From: an uncultured Bacillales bacterium
GTDB taxonomy: Bacteria > Bacillota_I > Bacilli_A > RF39 > UBA660
Assembly: GCA_946410555.1 (NCBI GenBank)
Contig: CAMKAT010000002.1
Location: forward strand, 45,235-109,234
DNA: 64,000 bases
Direction of reading: 5' to 3'
Position numbers and translations under genes: made by a program. The notes beneath the pieces are model-generated. The model had not been told where the DNA came from. It made no database searches and saw only the letters and a list, made by a program, of their open reading frames with translations. This document shows positions 1-9,750 of the stretch, in pieces; the first letter of the stretch is position 1, and every line of letters starts with the position of its first letter.

Positions 1-372
1 GTTTATTTTATCAGCAAGAAAACATCCTTGTTTAGTATATAAAACATCTAAGTTATCATTGTTAAATTGCATATCACTAATTTCATAATTAGTATTTGAA
101 TAATTAGTAACATGTACATCAAACATAATTGAAGCACCTGGATCTAATGTTACTGGTAAAGTAACACTATTTAATTTATGAGAAATATTAGTAAATGATG
201 CTCCACCACTCATAGAATTATAATCTACCGATACAATTTGAATAGTTGCTTTTTCTATAGTTGCTATACCATTAATAGTAAAGTCATCACTAAATGATGC
301 ATAAACATATGAAAAACAAATAGTAAAAATAAGCAACAAAAAAGAAGGAAGTATTATTTTTATTTTTTTCAT
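1..372 (-). CDS. Secreted protein, 5' part only (runs off the window edge); TasA/camelysin-type signal peptide
   Basis: My own translation from ATG at 372 gives MKKIKIILPSFLLLIFTICFSYVYASFSDDFTINGIATIEK..., open to position 1. ATGA start/stop overlap with the upstream gene. The hydrophobic signal ends in the YASFSD motif seen in SipW substrates. Confidence 0.6.
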   Translation of the reverse strand, partial: MKKIKIILPSFLLLIFTICFSYVYASFSDDFTINGIATIEKATIQIVSVDYNSMSGGASFTNISHKLNSVTLPVTLDPGASIMFDVHVTNYSNTNYEISDMQFNNDNLDVLYTKQGCFLADKIN

Positions 373-1466
373 TTCTTTACTCCCGCTTTTTCTAATAACA
401 TTTCTTTTCTAGATATTTTATATTTATATAAAACATCATCATCTATAATTACAAAATGACATTCTTGATTTGGTTTAACATCATAGAATAGAATTGGTTC
501 TGATATATTTATTGATGCATCCACCAGTTCCTCAAACTTAGATGGATATATTACATTTGAATAATTAGATTCATCTATATCATACTTACCACTAACTATT
601 AATCTATCATAGTTTTTAAGTATTCTATTAACTTCATTTCTATATGGATCTTTATTAATTATTTTATGAAGTTCTACTACTATAAGAATTACACAAATGA
701 ATATAACTCCTAGTGAACACATTGATGTAATAAATAATGCACTATTACTTATTCTAATCTTTCTTATGTTACACATAGAACCACTTGTATTTAAATCATT
801 TGATTTAGTAATCTTAATAGTAGATCCACTTAATGGTACTTTAATTGTAAATGTTCTTCTTAAAGAATCTTTATCAGTATAATCTTTATTAGAAATATCT
901 AAATTAACATTAAAGTTTAATTCTAATACTGCACTTGAAGAAACACCTGTTGTTTGATTATACTTCTTAGCTTTCATGAAGTAATCTTTATAGTTAATAT
1001 CATAATTCTCTTCTAGAACTAAATATGAACCTGAATAATATTTTTTATCATTAAATAAAAGTCTTTCTTCATCTACATTTAGTATTTCTTCTTCATCTAT
1101 ATAATCATAATATGTAATTTTACCCGTTACTGAATATGAATAAATATAATCAAATTCTGATGTAGCATGAATTTCATATTTATAACTTGTTTTAATTTTA
1201 TCAATCATATTAGAAATATATTTCCATCCTTCGCTAGGGTTCTTATAATCTTCATTATTATAAGTAACTGAATAATTACTACTTCCTAACTCATTATAAG
1301 AAATACATCCTATTTGTTCATTGATTTTAACACTCTTTTGTAGAATAAATGCAGTGAATAATGCATAAGCTAAAAGTGGTAATAAAAGACATAAAAACCA
1401 GCCAGTTATAGTAAAAACTGGATCTGTATTTTTAATAACAATTTTTCTTTTATTACTTTTTGCCAT
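369..1466 (-). CDS. Two-TM membrane protein of the SipW operon (N- and C-proximal TM helices flanking a large exposed domain; DUF5305-like topology)
   Basis: 365-aa ORF with RBS AAAGGTGA 4 nt before the ATG. It starts 4 nt after the sipW stop. TM helices near residues 20-42 and 245-265. The family assignment is from memory of SipW-neighbour genes, not from a search. Confidence 0.5.
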   Translation of the reverse strand: MAKSNKRKIVIKNTDPVFTITGWFLCLLLPLLAYALFTAFILQKSVKINEQIGCISYNELGSSNYSVTYNNEDYKNPSEGWKYISNMIDKIKTSYKYEIHATSEFDYIYSYSVTGKITYYDYIDEEEILNVDEERLLFNDKKYYSGSYLVLEENYDINYKDYFMKAKKYNQTTGVSSSAVLELNFNVNLDISNKDYTDKDSLRRTFTIKVPLSGSTIKITKSNDLNTSGSMCNIRKIRISNSALFITSMCSLGVIFICVILIVVELHKIINKDPYRNEVNRILKNYDRLIVSGKYDIDESNYSNVIYPSKFEELVDASINISEPILFYDVKPNQECHFVIIDDDVLYKYKISRKEMLLEKAGVKK

Positions 1467-1470
1467 GTTA

Positions 1471-2607
1471 TCACCTTTCTATTGCATTCTTTAACCAAAT
1501 AGATGGAAGTCCAATGTATTTTATTTTAAACTCTACTCTTCCAACAAGTTCTTCACCTGTAACTGTCCAATTATCAATAGATTGTCCTTTTCTATCTCCT
1601 TTTGTAACTAATAAGATTTTTCCGTTATTTTGATTTATTTTAATTACTCTATGGCAATAAATATTACCATTCATTTTAAAGACAATTACATCTTGTTCTT
1701 TTATTTTTTCTATATTCTTTTTATAACTTTTATCTATATATATTACATCTCCTACTTTAATAGTTGGTTCCATAGAACCAGATGCAACTACTGCTATCCA
1801 GTATCTAAATATTCCGCTATTAAGTGAGACTAATATAATTATAAAAATTATAATTATTAATCTTATTAATTTTGCTCCTGTATTCTTAACTCTTATATCT
1901 ATTTTTTCTTTAAAGAAGTCTGTTAAAATATAATTTGCAAATAGATATAAAATAATAGGAAATGCAATCATGATTGCAGCCTCTAGATATTCTCCAAAGT
2001 TTGGGAATATCGGAATTATATAGATATAAAGGTTCATGATAAGTGTATAAGTTAGCGAACCACTATAACCAAACTTTTTAGAAATAAATGTAAGAGCAAT
2101 ATTTTCAAATAACGTAACTAATATATCTGTAGTAACAAGAATAACTATTTGTTTTAAACTTGTTAATCCAATTAAATTAGTTGTTATGTTTAAATATACT
2201 AAAGTAAAAATTACTACTGTTAGTATATGATTTATAAATTTACCTTTAGTGGTAAAGTTATATCTTAAGAATTCCGATACTATAAGAAGATAAGCAATTG
2301 GAAATGTATTTCTTATAATACCTATGAATGTTCTATTATAAGGAGAATATAAATAACCTGTAATAATACCTAAACCATATTTAATAGTTAATAAACTTAA
2401 AGTTAATATTAAAAGTATTCTTACATTCTTCTTTTTATTATTAAATCTTTCTTTTTCAAATCCTAATAGGAAGTAACTTATAATAAATATAACTGTTATA
2501 AATATAGCCATTCCTAGATTTGAAAATATATCTTTATAAAAAGCATTGATGATAAGAATGAATAAAGTGAATAATTGTAAAGATGTTAATTTCTTTCCGC
2601 CCTTCAT
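1471..2607 (-). CDS. sipW: Signal peptidase I, SipW/ER-archaeal type (S26B), fused to a ~260-aa N-terminal polytopic membrane domain
   Basis: C-terminal motifs SGSMEPTIKVGDVIYI, CHRV and TKGDRKGQSID match SipW-type Ser/His peptidases. The N-terminal ~260 aa form about 8 hydrophobic helices. ATG at 2607 is preceded by GAGGTGA. Confidence 0.75.
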   Translation of the reverse strand: MKGGKKLTSLQLFTLFILIINAFYKDIFSNLGMAIFITVIFIISYFLLGFEKERFNNKKKNVRILLILTLSLLTIKYGLGIITGYLYSPYNRTFIGIIRNTFPIAYLLIVSEFLRYNFTTKGKFINHILTVVIFTLVYLNITTNLIGLTSLKQIVILVTTDILVTLFENIALTFISKKFGYSGSLTYTLIMNLYIYIIPIFPNFGEYLEAAIMIAFPIILYLFANYILTDFFKEKIDIRVKNTGAKLIRLIIIIFIIILVSLNSGIFRYWIAVVASGSMEPTIKVGDVIYIDKSYKKNIEKIKEQDVIVFKMNGNIYCHRVIKINQNNGKILLVTKGDRKGQSIDNWTVTGEELVGRVEFKIKYIGLPSIWLKNAIER

Positions 2608-2640
2608 CACTTTAATCACCTCGCTTTATAAAAATGATTA

Positions 2641-3381
2641 CTATGCTTGATCGAATTTTGCTTGTAAGTTACTAATAGTAACTGTTACATCTTTTGTTGG
2701 TAAAGCTTCTTGCTTAATATCTTTATTCTTATCAAAATAAATAGTTAACTCTAAATCAATTACTCCACCAGTAGCGATACCAGAAGCAGTAGTTTTATCT
2801 AATATTAAATTATTAGGTAAAGTAGTAAAATCTGTACCAGCAGTTACAGAACTTGTAGTTGCACCAGTAAATGCATTTTTAACTTTTAGTTCATAAGTCA
2901 TGAATGCACATACAGCTGCTGCTCCAATATTAGTATAGTTATTAGCAGATATTGCATTAGTATAAGCAGTCATACCAGATGTTGGAGTATAACTTGTTGT
3001 TCCTCCATCATCAGTACATGAAATTGTTGGTGCTGTATATTGAACAAATTTAGCATCAAATGTACCACCATTTGTAATTGATACATCATAAACTGCTTTT
3101 TGACCAGGAACATTATAACTTGCATCTAATGCACTTAATGTAATTGTTGATGTTGATGATCCGATTGAATCAATTGATGCTGAAACAGAAGTTGAACTTC
3201 CATTATTAACAGATGCAGCAGACCAATATACATTCCATGTTTGAGATTTAACTGTAGCAGTTCCACTTATTTTAAGTGTAGTTGAAAATGCAGCCCATGC
3301 GATTGTTACAAAAGTAAAAATAGCACAAACTATAACTGATGCTAACAGTATAATTTGATATTTATTTTGTTTTTCATCCAT
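2641..3381 (-). CDS. TasA/camelysin-like secreted protein (candidate SipW substrate, S/T/G/A-rich beta-type body)
   Basis: The N-terminus ...VIVCAIFTFVTIAWAAFSTTLKISGTATV resembles the TasA signal (..TWAAFND). It is the first gene of the sipW operon. Confidence 0.5.
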   Translation of the reverse strand: MDEKQNKYQIILLASVIVCAIFTFVTIAWAAFSTTLKISGTATVKSQTWNVYWSAASVNNGSSTSVSASIDSIGSSTSTITLSALDASYNVPGQKAVYDVSITNGGTFDAKFVQYTAPTISCTDDGGTTSYTPTSGMTAYTNAISANNYTNIGAAAVCAFMTYELKVKNAFTGATTSSVTAGTDFTTLPNNLILDKTTASGIATGGVIDLELTIYFDKNKDIKQEALPTKDVTVTISNLQAKFDQA

Positions 3382-3474
3382 ATAAACCTATTCTCTCCTA
3401 TTCTATTTAAATAATATAATAAAAAAAAACAAATATCAATAAATTATATGCTATAATTTTCCTAGGGTGATGGT

Positions 3475-4974
3475 ATGAAAAAGATACTCGAAAGAGCGAA
3501 AAATATAAATATTTTATTCCTAATTATGTTAGGTTTTATAGTATATTGTTTATTTACAAATTTTGTTAATTTTGATAATGATTTATGGTTCATAATGGCA
3601 ACAGGAAGAAACATCTTAAATAATGGTATTCCTCACTTTGATGTATTAAGTATGCATAATGATTACTTAATAGTTACACAACAATGGTTAACTTCAGTAA
3701 TTTTCTTTTTTACTGCATTAAAACTTGGAGCAACTGGACTAGCAGTTTTAGTTTCAGTTATCTCATTTGCAGGTATTGCAGTTCTTTATAGATATAGTAA
3801 ATATTTAAGTAAAAATACTACAATTACAAGTTTATTATTAATACTTTATATTTATTTTTTTGTTAAAGGATTTACTACTTCAAGACCACAAATATTATCT
3901 TATTTAATATTTACTACTGAATTATTTTTAGCAGATAGATTTATTAATTCAAAGAATAAAAAGTATTTATACTTATTACCTATTCTTTCTCTTTTAGAAA
4001 TTAATTTACATGCATCTGTTTGGTTATTACAATTTTGTTTCTTAGGAGTTTTCTTAATTGAATTTATTAATATAAAAGAAATAAGAAGACCTTTATTAAT
4101 TACTTTAATTATTATGTTTATTTCAGGATTAATTAATCCTTACGGAATAAATGCTATTACATATGTATTTAAATCTTATGGTATAAATATTATTAATATT
4201 AATATTCAAGAAATGGCTACTGTATCAGTAGAATATTTCTTAGGAAAAGTTGTATTACTTACTCTATTCTTAGTTTTATTTATTTCTTCTTTATATAAGA
4301 AAATAAAATTAAGATATCTATTATTACTTGGAGGAACTTGTTATCTTGCATTAAGTCATTATAAGAGTTTCCCTTATTATGGAATTGCTTTTGTAATTAC
4401 AATGTCACAATTATTAAGTGGTATTAATTTAAAAGAAATTTATTTAAATATAGTTAATAAAATTAAAATTAAAAATGTAAAAAATATATTAGTTAAATTA
4501 TCTACTTATAGTTATAAGTATCTTAAATTAAGTTTGTTTGTAGTAGTACTTATTCTATTCGTTGAATCATATCAAATAGTTATTAAAGAATCTAATTTTG
4601 ATAATCCATTAGAAAGAGTTGTAGCTAATCTTAAGTTTGATGCTAAAACATATGATGTAACTGTTTATACAAACTTTATGGATGGTGGTTACCTTGAATG
4701 GAAAGGATTTAAACCATATATAGATCCACGTGCTGATGTTTTTATTAAAGCTACAAATAATAAGTTTGATTTACTAGATGAGGCTTTTAGTTTAAATACA
4801 AATGCTAATATTAAAAGATTTATAAGAAAATATAATTTTGATTATTATATTGTTGATCCAGAACAAGACAAATATTTATATAATTATCTTAAAGATGAAA
4901 TGAGTTATAAATATAAACAAATATATAGATCATATGGTGATGATGATAGAGCTCTATTTAAAAGGATTAATTAA
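3475..4974 (+). CDS. Polytopic membrane protein (10 or more TM helices) with a ~110-aa C-terminal soluble domain; possible GT-C-like glycosyltransferase or polymerase
   Basis: 499-aa hydrophobic ORF with RBS AGGGTGA. TAATG overlap with the downstream FAD oxidoreductase. No diagnostic motif was recognised. Confidence 0.4.
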   Translation: MKKILERAKNINILFLIMLGFIVYCLFTNFVNFDNDLWFIMATGRNILNNGIPHFDVLSMHNDYLIVTQQWLTSVIFFFTALKLGATGLAVLVSVISFAGIAVLYRYSKYLSKNTTITSLLLILYIYFFVKGFTTSRPQILSYLIFTTELFLADRFINSKNKKYLYLLPILSLLEINLHASVWLLQFCFLGVFLIEFINIKEIRRPLLITLIIMFISGLINPYGINAITYVFKSYGINIININIQEMATVSVEYFLGKVVLLTLFLVLFISSLYKKIKLRYLLLLGGTCYLALSHYKSFPYYGIAFVITMSQLLSGINLKEIYLNIVNKIKIKNVKNILVKLSTYSYKYLKLSLFVVVLILFVESYQIVIKESNFDNPLERVVANLKFDAKTYDVTVYTNFMDGGYLEWKGFKPYIDPRADVFIKATNNKFDLLDEAFSLNTNANIKRFIRKYNFDYYIVDPEQDKYLYNYLKDEMSYKYKQIYRSYGDDDRALFKRIN

Positions 4975-6467
4975 TGAAGAAAAAAAGAATTATTATCGCG
5001 GGCGCAGGACCTGCGGGATTAACTTTTGCATATGATTTATTAAAGAAAAGTAAAAAGTATGAAGTAATTATTTTTGAAGAATCTGACTCTTACGGTGGTA
5101 TTGCAAAAACTATTAATTATAAAGGTAATAGAATTGATATCGGTGGTCATAGATTCTTTACTAAAGAAAAAGTTATAAATGACTTATGGGAAGAAATACT
5201 TCCTATTAGTGATGATACAAATAAAGATAATATATTATTAAAAAGAAAAAGAGTTTCAAGAATTTTATTTGAAAATAAATTTTATGATTACCCTATCAGT
5301 TTAAAGCTTGAAACTTTAAAGAATATGGGATTCATAAGAACTTTTAATGTAATAATAAGTTATATAAAATCTATTATATTTAAAAGAAAAGAAAATAATC
5401 TTGAAGATTTTTATATAAATAGATTTGGTAAAAAATTATATTTCCTATTCTTTAGAGATTATACAACTAAAGTTTGGGGAAGAACTCCATCATGTATTGA
5501 TTCATCTTGGGGTAAACAAAGAGTCAAAGGAATATCAATAAGAAAAGTACTTTCAAATGCTTTAAAAAGAATCTTTAAAATTAAAGATAAAAATAAAGAA
5601 ACGTCTTTGATCGAAGAATTCCTATACCCTAAGTTTGGTCCTGGATATCTTTATGAAGAAATGGCAAAAAAAATTCAAGAACTTGGTGGAGAAATTATTC
5701 TAAATAGTAAAGTTATTAAAATTAATAATAAAAATAATACTATCAAAGATATTACAGTTCTTAGTAAAGATAATGAGATTAATTATAAATGTGATTACTT
5801 TATATCAAGTATGCCTATCAAAGATTTAATTAATGGTATGGATACACCAAAGAAAATAAATAGAATCGCAAATAATTTACCTTATAGAGATTTTATTACA
5901 TTTGGTATATTAGTTAAAAAACTAAATATAAGAAATAATACAAAGATAAAAACATTTAATAATAGAATCCCAGATACTTGGTTATATGTTCAAGATAATT
6001 CTGTTAAATTAGGAAGAATTCAAGTGTTTAATAATTGGTCTCCTTACATGGTTAAAGATAATAAAAAGACTGTATGGTTAGGACTTGAATACTTTTGTAA
6101 TGAAGATGATGAATTTTGGAAATTAAGTAAAAAGAAATCAATTGAGTTCGCCATTGATGAACTAGTTAAACTAAATATAATTGATAAGAAAAATGTTATT
6201 GATGCTACAAGAATTAAAATAAAAAAAGCATACCCTGCTTATTTTGATTCTTATAGTGAATTAGATAAAGTAATTAAATACTTAAATAAAATAGACAATC
6301 TATATTGTATTGGAAGAAATGGTCAACATAGATATAACAATATGGATCACTCTATGATGACAGCTTTGGTAGCTGTAGATTCACTATTAAACAATAAAAG
6401 TAAAAAAGAAATCTGGAATGTTAATACTGAAGATGATTATCATGAAGAAAAAGAAAACGAAGTTTAG
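4974..6467 (+). CDS. NAD(P)/FAD-dependent oxidoreductase (amine-oxidase / UDP-galactopyranose-mutase-like fold)
   Basis: N-terminal Rossmann motif IIIAGAGPAGLTFAYDLL..FEE; C-terminal GRNGQHRYNNMDHSMMTA typical of this family in glycan loci. Confidence 0.75.
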   Translation: MKKKRIIIAGAGPAGLTFAYDLLKKSKKYEVIIFEESDSYGGIAKTINYKGNRIDIGGHRFFTKEKVINDLWEEILPISDDTNKDNILLKRKRVSRILFENKFYDYPISLKLETLKNMGFIRTFNVIISYIKSIIFKRKENNLEDFYINRFGKKLYFLFFRDYTTKVWGRTPSCIDSSWGKQRVKGISIRKVLSNALKRIFKIKDKNKETSLIEEFLYPKFGPGYLYEEMAKKIQELGGEIILNSKVIKINNKNNTIKDITVLSKDNEINYKCDYFISSMPIKDLINGMDTPKKINRIANNLPYRDFITFGILVKKLNIRNNTKIKTFNNRIPDTWLYVQDNSVKLGRIQVFNNWSPYMVKDNKKTVWLGLEYFCNEDDEFWKLSKKKSIEFAIDELVKLNIIDKKNVIDATRIKIKKAYPAYFDSYSELDKVIKYLNKIDNLYCIGRNGQHRYNNMDHSMMTALVAVDSLLNNKSKKEIWNVNTEDDYHEEKENEV

Positions 6468-6478
6468 TAACTTCGTTT

Positions 6479-8497
6479 TTAAATTTTATCAAATACTTTT
6501 GCGTTTTTATTAATGCATCTAACTAAATCATCTTGATCATATTTATCTAGAAGATCTTTAAAATCTTTAGTATCTAGCATAAGATTTGTTGGATATTTAG
6601 TTAAACATTCTCTTGCATTATCAATTCCTAAATTGTTTAAAACAGAATAGTTTTCCACAACATTATTTGAAAGTAGATTTAATTTTGTTAATGTTTCTTC
6701 TGAAACACTAGACTTTAATGTTTCAAATTCTTCATCAGTCATTTCTAATTTTTCTTTTAAAGAATCATCTACCCCATTTACTGTGGGAACAATAATATCA
6801 ATTATATCTTTATCTTTATTAACTTGAATTGAATCTTCAAGTTTAGAAACATCAATCTTATCTAATACAGGAATAACTGTATCAACCTTTTTATTATTAT
6901 TTTCTAAGATTGTTAATATCTTATCTAATGTATCAGGATATACATCAGTAAATACTTTTATATTTGCATAAACTTTATCTAAAGATACATTATGATTATT
7001 TAATACATTAATTGTTTTCTTTAATTCATTAACATTTGCATGATTAATTAAGTATTGTTGATCTCTATATGAAAGTGAATCAACATTAATTCCTAGAAGT
7101 GAAATATCTTCAGAATCTAATGTAGCTTTAACTACTTCTTTTTCATCATTATCATCTGGAATATCTAATTCAATCGAATCATGTGATTCTTCATCAACAT
7201 ATTCTTCTTCACCAGGAAGAACATTTTCATTTTCTTCTGATAAATCATCTTCAAGAAGATTTAAATCAATTGAATCTGTATTAAATGAAGGATAAGTCAT
7301 ATTATCTAATGTTTTAGAAATAAGTTCATTTAATTTTTCTTCTTCATCTTCTTCAGGAGTCTCAATTGGTTTGTCTGAGAAAGGATCATCCATATCTATT
7401 GATTCTTCAACATTATTTTCTTTTACTTCTTCTTTTGGTTCATCTGTTGGAGCTTCTTCAGCTTGTGGAGTTTCATCAACTTTAGTTTCTTCAACTAATT
7501 CCTTTTTAGTTAAATCTTCAGTTGTAATAGCATCGAATGCTTTTTCTGAAATTCCATCAGTAATTTCAACTTGAGGTTCTTCTTTAGTTTCAACTACTTC
7601 TACCTTTGGTTCTTCAGCTGTTGCTTCAACTTGAGGTTCTTCTTTAACCTCTTCTTTTATTTCTTCAACAGGAACAACTGTGTTTTCTTTGTTGATATCA
7701 CTAGAGTTTTCAACAATTTCTTTAGAAGCTTTTAAATTATTTAATTCTTCTTTAACATCTTTGATAAATGCATTTTTAATATCTTCAATTTCTAAAGAAG
7801 CATTATCATATGTATTATTAACTACAGATTTTAAAGCTTTTTCAACAAGAGCTTCATCTGGTTCATTAACTGTAATTTCATCTATTTCTTCAAATACATG
7901 ATCATTTAATACTTTAGATACTTCTACAAACTCTCTTTGATAGTCATTGTTAGACATAAGTTCAGCTTGTGGAGTGTTATCTACATATAATTCAAGATCA
8001 TTTCCAGCTTCTGTATAATCAATAATTTCATTTACTTTAGCTGAATAATATTTTTCTACGATTGTAGTATTCTTTATTTCTTTTTCTAATAATCTTTTCT
8101 TTTCTTTTAAATCTATTAATTCATCTTTTAGATTTCTAGCTTTATTAGTTAAATCTAAAATCTTTTGACTTTCTTTTTGAATAAGTGCTCTTTTTTCAAT
8201 TATCTTTGAGTTTATTTCTTTATTACCAGCAGATAATATTTCCTTAAAATCTGTACCACCGAATTTTTGATTTAATTCATCTAAGTCATGTTCTAAAGAA
8301 GCAATCTCATCTTCAAGAGTATTAATTGTATTTTTAGATTCTATAACAACATCTTTATATTTTTGAGCTATATTTACTTTTTCATCCATTTCTGAATCGA
8401 TTGATGTTAGATGTTTCTTTGACTTTTCTAAATGTTCACGAATACCATTGATAACTTGTCTAAGATTCTCATTTACAATTTGAATGCTCTTATCCAT
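6479..8497 (-). CDS. Acidic coiled-coil protein with an E/P/V/K-rich repeat linker and a helical C-terminal domain; function unknown
   Basis: 672-aa ORF with an N-terminal heptad-like region and KEEPQVE repeats (DNA repeat 7565-7586 / 7625-7646, 60-bp period). Confidence 0.5.
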   Translation of the reverse strand: MDKSIQIVNENLRQVINGIREHLEKSKKHLTSIDSEMDEKVNIAQKYKDVVIESKNTINTLEDEIASLEHDLDELNQKFGGTDFKEILSAGNKEINSKIIEKRALIQKESQKILDLTNKARNLKDELIDLKEKKRLLEKEIKNTTIVEKYYSAKVNEIIDYTEAGNDLELYVDNTPQAELMSNNDYQREFVEVSKVLNDHVFEEIDEITVNEPDEALVEKALKSVVNNTYDNASLEIEDIKNAFIKDVKEELNNLKASKEIVENSSDINKENTVVPVEEIKEEVKEEPQVEATAEEPKVEVVETKEEPQVEITDGISEKAFDAITTEDLTKKELVEETKVDETPQAEEAPTDEPKEEVKENNVEESIDMDDPFSDKPIETPEEDEEEKLNELISKTLDNMTYPSFNTDSIDLNLLEDDLSEENENVLPGEEEYVDEESHDSIELDIPDDNDEKEVVKATLDSEDISLLGINVDSLSYRDQQYLINHANVNELKKTINVLNNHNVSLDKVYANIKVFTDVYPDTLDKILTILENNNKKVDTVIPVLDKIDVSKLEDSIQVNKDKDIIDIIVPTVNGVDDSLKEKLEMTDEEFETLKSSVSEETLTKLNLLSNNVVENYSVLNNLGIDNARECLTKYPTNLMLDTKDFKDLLDKYDQDDLVRCINKNAKVFDKI

Positions 8498-8590
8498 AGT
8501 GATTCCTCCTTATTCTTCTCTTCGATTATAACAAAAAAGAATATTCAAGTAAATAAATCATGTTATAATAATTTTAATAAGGAGGATTTT

Positions 8591-9739
8591 ATGGAAAATA
8601 AAAGTATTTATAAATCAATGCTTAAGAACGAAGAATACCTAAGCGAGTATGCAACTAGAGACTCCGACGCTATAAGATTAGAAGAAGAAAAAAAATTAAG
8701 TAATGATATAAGACCTAACTATTATCATGATATAGATAGAATTATTTATTCTCTATCTTATACAAGATATATTGATAAGACTCAAGTATTTAGTAATATT
8801 GATAATGATCATATTACTAAAAGAATGATTCATGTTCAATTTGTAAGTAAGATTGCTAGAACTATCTCAAGAGCTCTAGGATTAAACGAAGACTTAACTG
8901 AAGCAATTGCTTTAGGTCATGATATTGGTCATGTGCCATTTGGTCATTTAGGAGAAAAATTCTTAAATGAAATATCACTTAGATTTAATGAAGGTTATTT
9001 CATGCATAATGTTGAATCAGTAAGAGAGTTAATGACTCTTGAAGATAATGGTCATGGTAAAAACCTTTGTATTCAAACTCTTGATGGAATGTTATGTCAT
9101 AATGGTGAGTTCCTTCAATCGAATTATAAACCTAAGAAGAAAACTAAAGACGAATTCTTAAGAGATTACTATAACTGTTATAAAATAGAAAACTATTATA
9201 AAGAACTAGTTCCAATGACTATGGAAGGTTGTGTAGTAAGAATCAGTGATATTATCGGTTACCTAGGAAGAGATATTGAGGATGCTATTAGACTTGGAGT
9301 TCTAGATAAAGAAACTATTCCGGATAGTATTAAAAATATCCTTGGTGACTCAAATAGAAGTATTGTCAATACTATTGTTGAAGATATCATTAAAAATTCT
9401 TATGGTAAAGACTATATAGCAATGTCTCCATATATCTATAAAGCTGTCAGAGATCTTAAAGATTTCAATTATGTTAATATTTATGATAAAGCTAACACTC
9501 CTGAAGAAAAAGAACATATCAGAGAGATGTTTAATACAGTAGCTGATTATGTATTGAATGATTTAAATACTAACAACTTAGAATCTAATATTTATAGAAC
9601 ATTCTTAGATAATATGAATGAAGATTATATAAAGAATACTTCTAATGAAAGAAAAGTAATTGATTATATAGCAGGTATGACTGATTATTACTTCACTAAA
9701 GTATATGAAGATATAAAAAAACTAAAGAGAGTTAATTGA
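8591..9739 (+). CDS. HD-domain dNTP triphosphohydrolase-like protein (dGTPase family)
   Basis: Motifs RMIHVQFVS and ALGHDIGHVPFGHLGE, plus C-terminal DYIAGMTDYY. Start moved to ATG 8591 behind AAGGAGGA; the longer track ORF overlaps the upstream gene. Confidence 0.8.
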   Translation: MENKSIYKSMLKNEEYLSEYATRDSDAIRLEEEKKLSNDIRPNYYHDIDRIIYSLSYTRYIDKTQVFSNIDNDHITKRMIHVQFVSKIARTISRALGLNEDLTEAIALGHDIGHVPFGHLGEKFLNEISLRFNEGYFMHNVESVRELMTLEDNGHGKNLCIQTLDGMLCHNGEFLQSNYKPKKKTKDEFLRDYYNCYKIENYYKELVPMTMEGCVVRISDIIGYLGRDIEDAIRLGVLDKETIPDSIKNILGDSNRSIVNTIVEDIIKNSYGKDYIAMSPYIYKAVRDLKDFNYVNIYDKANTPEEKEHIREMFNTVADYVLNDLNTNNLESNIYRTFLDNMNEDYIKNTSNERKVIDYIAGMTDYYFTKVYEDIKKLKRVN

Positions 9740-9750
9740 TTAACTCTCTT

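Noticed and set aside
697-882. Short antisense ORFs nested in longer genes. The set is 697-882, 1630-1827, 7371-7574, 7680-7901, 10019-10348, 11696-11902, 13099-13302, 20243-20425, 21283-21507, 23087-23305, 25298-25558 and 26846-27103. It also includes 28319-28513, 29247-29432, 32546-32734, 33827-34036, 37095-37316, 39360-39683, 43465-43725, 46123-46320, 47846-48049, 49311-49553 and 49851-50048. The remainder are 50888-51121, 55886-56233, 56624-56842, 56730-56927, 61082-61408 and 62961-63173.
   Set aside because: Each is embedded in, or overlaps, a longer ORF with recognisable domains or better start signals. Their low-complexity Ser/Leu/Phe/Ile-rich translations are what antisense AT-rich coding DNA produces.
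8432-8590. N-terminal 53-codon extension of the HD-domain ORF
   Set aside because: It overlaps the start of the divergent 672-aa gene and its promoter region. A strong AAGGAGGA-ATG start exists at 8591.
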